DNA of 64,000 nt from an uncultured candidate division Zixibacteria bacterium (GTDB taxonomy: Bacteria; Zixibacteria; MSB-5A5; GN15; FEB-12): the NCBI GenBank assembly GCA_963806185.1, contig CAWDXE010000004.1, positions 384,001 through 448,000 on the forward strand. The letters are read 5' to 3'. The notes under the pieces are model-generated. The model was given only the letters and a program-made list of their open reading frames with translations, was not told the DNA's origin and made no database searches. A program made the position numbers and the translations under genes. This document shows, in pieces, positions 60,857 to 64,000 of the stretch. Position 1 is the stretch's first letter. The number at the start of each line of letters is the position of its first letter.

Positions 60857-63016
60857 TTACAGTTTGTCCGGTTTCTGGAAAGCCGTCGGACTCACCGGTG
60901 CGTTAATCTGGAAATCCGAATAGCTGATTGTGCCGACTTTCTGCCCGCCCATCGTACGACTCATAGTCATGGGGAGCTTGAGGCCCTGCACATCCTTGAG
61001 ATCTGAATATACTTCCAGAATGGTTCCCTCACCCATGGGTGACTCACCGACAAAGCTCTTGCCGACCAGCAGATTGGTTTGACTGTTGATCGCCAAACGG
61101 CACAGCTGCTTGCCGTTCTTGTCGACGATGGCCACGAAGTTGACGTCAACGCCGTCAAGATTGCCCACGCCGTCAAACACCGGCTGATAAACCGGCTTGT
61201 CGGCCTGCATGAACAGGTTGATCATGTTTCGGGCACTCTCCTCGTCATCCTTAGTCAGATCATCCTCAGTCTTAACAATCGGCTGCGGATTGCCCGGTTG
61301 GCTGCGCCAGCCGGATTTCTGGTCCCGAACGTCGTACATCTTCTGTCCCATCATTGAGACCACCTGCATGCTCAGGTTGGGGAGGATGCGCGACTCCTCG
61401 AAATCCAGCGGAAAGTCCCCCTGGGGAGTGCTCAGGACATACTTTCCTTTGCTGACGATCGACTTCACTTTCTTAAACGCGGCGACACCGCCGTGAGCTG
61501 CCGCCGATTTGGCGAGCAGTTCCTGGCCCTTGGCCAGATTCTCAGGCGTCATGGCCAATGCGCGTTGTTCCTCACCGGACGGTATGGTCACGTCGATGGT
61601 CTCGACATCGCCCAAGCCGAGTTGGTCGAGTGGCACGTCAAAATCCTTGGCATTCCCCACAATTAGCACTTGGAGAGCATCCGGGCGCAAGTGTGCCTTG
61701 GCTGCTGCCATGATGGATTGCGGCGATGTCTTCTCGATCTTGCTGCGGACCTGCAGATTGAAGTCCGCCGGCAGATTGTAGAAATCGTAATTGAGGAGAC
61801 GATTAATCACTTCGGCCTTTGAGTCAAACTGGAAGACGAATGAGTTCAGGTATCCATCTTTCGCCATCCGCATCTCTTCCGGCGTGGGTGGATCTGTTTG
61901 CATGCTTTGGATCTGCTTGATAATTTCGCGAACTGCCTTGGCCGTGGTGGCCGATTTGGTCGAAGCGAAATTGTAGAAGATTCCGGGATACGCCACCTGG
62001 GCCGAGTAGACGCCGAAGACCGCATAGGCGAGGCCTTCCTTGGAACGCACGTTCTGGAACAACCGGGTCGCGAATGAGCCGGCGCCCAGAACGTTGTTCA
62101 TCATGATCAGGTCCGCATAATCAGGGTCGGTCTGTCGACCGCCAATGTGACCGATATAGATCTTCGACTGATTGATGTCGGCCTTGTCCACGTATAGCAC
62201 CCGTTTCGGGAACTTGTAATCGACGGTCGGCGGAGGGGGGACGGTGACATTGCCACGCTGCCAGCCACCGAAGTACTTTTTGACCTTCTCAATTATGGTC
62301 GCTTTGTCGATGTCGCCCCAAATTGCCAACTGGACGTTTTCGGGGTGAAACCACTGGGCGTGATAATTGACCAGGTCATCACGGGTAATTGCGGCGATGG
62401 TCTTGTACTCGGTGTGCCGCGCATAAACCGACGTCGGTCCGTAGATGGCCTTCGAGAATTCCCGGGCGCCAATATCCTCGGCATCGTCGTTGCGACGGGA
62501 AATCGCTGATCGCTGTTCGATTTTGGCCAGATCCAGCTTATCCGGATCAAAAACCGGCCGTTGGAGGACATCCGCCAGTACCTCGAGACCAAGGTCGGTA
62601 TAATCGGTCAGGACGAACATCGAGCCGCTGGCAAACAGCAGACCGATTGAAGTCTCGACGCTGGCGCCGACACTTTCGAGTTGCTTGTCGATTTCATCAC
62701 CGGTCCACTTCTGCGTGCCGCCGGTGCGCATAACGGCTCCCGTTATACCCGCCAATCCGATCTTGTCGGCGGGATCCAGATAGGAACCGCAATTGATGCG
62801 GGCTGCTGCCTGGACAGTCGGGAGACTGTGATCCTCCAGCAGATACAGACGTATTCCGTTATCGAGCGTAACCTTCTGAACGTCCGGAATAACCGGCTGT
62901 TTCGCCGGGGGAAACTTGGCAATGATCTTGTCGACGTCCTGTGCGGAGGCAGTCGCGATAAATGCCGCAATGAGCAGCAATGCCACACTGCCAAGCCATA
63001 GCGATACTCGTTTCAT
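60857..63016 (-). CDS. Secreted M16 (pitrilysin-family) non-catalytic subunit with extra C-terminal domain
   Basis: LDNGIRLYLLEDH and RLF..VR.KEGLAY; no HxxEH; ~220 aa extension. Confidence 0.85.
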   Translation of the reverse strand: MKRVSLWLGSVALLLIAAFIATASAQDVDKIIAKFPPAKQPVIPDVQKVTLDNGIRLYLLEDHSLPTVQAAARINCGSYLDPADKIGLAGITGAVMRTGGTQKWTGDEIDKQLESVGASVETSIGLLFASGSMFVLTDYTDLGLEVLADVLQRPVFDPDKLDLAKIEQRSAISRRNDDAEDIGAREFSKAIYGPTSVYARHTEYKTIAAITRDDLVNYHAQWFHPENVQLAIWGDIDKATIIEKVKKYFGGWQRGNVTVPPPPTVDYKFPKRVLYVDKADINQSKIYIGHIGGRQTDPDYADLIMMNNVLGAGSFATRLFQNVRSKEGLAYAVFGVYSAQVAYPGIFYNFASTKSATTAKAVREIIKQIQSMQTDPPTPEEMRMAKDGYLNSFVFQFDSKAEVINRLLNYDFYNLPADFNLQVRSKIEKTSPQSIMAAAKAHLRPDALQVLIVGNAKDFDVPLDQLGLGDVETIDVTIPSGEEQRALAMTPENLAKGQELLAKSAAAHGGVAAFKKVKSIVSKGKYVLSTPQGDFPLDFEESRILPNLSMQVVSMMGQKMYDVRDQKSGWRSQPGNPQPIVKTEDDLTKDDEESARNMINLFMQADKPVYQPVFDGVGNLDGVDVNFVAIVDKNGKQLCRLAINSQTNLLVGKSFVGESPMGEGTILEVYSDLKDVQGLKLPMTMSRTMGGQKVGTISYSDFQINAPVSPTAFQKPDKL

Positions 63017-63030
63017 AGCATCCTTTCTCA

Positions 63031-64000
63031 TTAGCTCTTGGCCGTGTTCATCATAATTACCACACGGTTCTTGTGGGTCAGGTACTCTTTGGCCACGCGT
63101 TGAATATCCTGCGGCGTGACCGCGTTAATACGATTGAGTTCGTTGAACATTTCCCGCCAGTCACCCCAATAGGTCTGGAAAATGCCCAGCTGGAGAGCCA
63201 GACCCTGGTTGCCGCGAAGCTGGGCGATGAAGGACGCTTTGGCGCGCGCACGAATCTTCTCCACCTCTTCCATGGGCAGAAGTTCGTTCTGTGTCTTTTC
63301 GACAGCGGCGAAGATCTCCTTCTCACACTCTTCGTTTGTCTTGCCGGCAGCGGGAATTGCCAGAACGATTGTCATCGCGGGGTATTTGTCCCCCGGATAA
63401 CCGTTAAAAGCACCAACCTGTACGGCCATCTTCTTTTCTTTCACCAGCGTGCTGTACAAAAGCGACGTGCGTCCACTGGCCAGGTAATCCGATAGCGCCT
63501 GCAAAGCGGGGCGGTCGGGATGGGTCACTTCGGGCGTGTGCCACCCAACCATATATACCGGTTGGGAGGGGTCTTCAAGCATCGAACGCCGTTCCCCGGA
63601 TTGGGGCGGTTCAACGGTGGCAATGCGCTCCGGTGCCGGGCGGTACGGAATGCGTCCGAAGTACTTCTCAGCCAGGGCAATGATCTCAGTGGTGTTGACA
63701 TCGCCCACTACGGCCACTACCAGATTTGAAGGACCATAATATTTGTCGAAGAACGTTTTGGCTTCGGCCCGGGAATAATACTGGATGTCCGACATATGTC
63801 CGACGCCGGAAATGCCGTAGGGATGGGCCGAAAAGGCGACCCCGTCGAATTCCTCGAACATCTTGCCGAACGGATTCGACTCCACGCGCATGCGACGCTC
63901 TTCGGCGACGACGTCCCGCTCCTTGTACATCTCCCGAAAGACCGGATTGAGGAAGCGCTCGGATTCCAGCGCCATCCACAGTTCCGCCTTATTGCTCGGA
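63031..64000 (-). CDS. M16 peptidase subunit, 5'-truncated by window edge
   Basis: LESERF, ERDVVAEERRMR, HPY, YYGPSN..V.VVGD and VT..DIQRVAKEYL. Confidence 0.88.
   Translation of the reverse strand, partial: PSNKAELWMALESERFLNPVFREMYKERDVVAEERRMRVESNPFGKMFEEFDGVAFSAHPYGISGVGHMSDIQYYSRAEAKTFFDKYYGPSNLVVAVVGDVNTTEIIALAEKYFGRIPYRPAPERIATVEPPQSGERRSMLEDPSQPVYMVGWHTPEVTHPDRPALQALSDYLASGRTSLLYSTLVKEKKMAVQVGAFNGYPGDKYPAMTIVLAIPAAGKTNEECEKEIFAAVEKTQNELLPMEEVEKIRARAKASFIAQLRGNQGLALQLGIFQTYWGDWREMFNELNRINAVTPQDIQRVAKEYLTHKNRVVIMMNTAKS

Overview
A 64 kb chromosomal window from a GC-rich diderm bacterium. Fused CcoNO, proteins with T9SS-like C-terminal domains and an MtrAB-like cluster suggest the FCB group, possibly Zixibacteria (inference only). 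In order it holds: two tandem GT-C membrane glycosyltransferase paralogs sharing a near-identical ~620 bp block; tRNA-Gly and tRNA-Cys; a ferredoxin; a candidate ~80 nt structured sRNA; a cysteine synthase-family gene; SPOR and S9 peptidase genes; a group 3b [NiFe]-hydrogenase operon; a convergent oxidoreductase/heparinase-like pair; a cbb3 oxidase operon with many single-base insertions; an ArsR-SRPBCC-DoxX module; a secreted S74-chaperone fibre; tRNA-Leu; a three-gene porin-multiheme cytochrome cluster; comF-xerD-GGDEF-gdh-glcD; peptidases; an orphan cheW with a sigma28-like promoter; three tandem ~850 aa secreted paralogs; and an M16 peptidase pair. The best leads are a shared TGTGA-N6-TCACA-like box ahead of four electron-transfer loci, the candidate sRNA, unusual heme motifs in the porin-cytochrome cluster, and the secreted paralog array. 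I found no CRISPR array, transposase, reverse transcriptase or prophage. Every frameshift I traced is a single extra base, so these are probably sequencing errors. Product calls come from motif recognition, not database searches.
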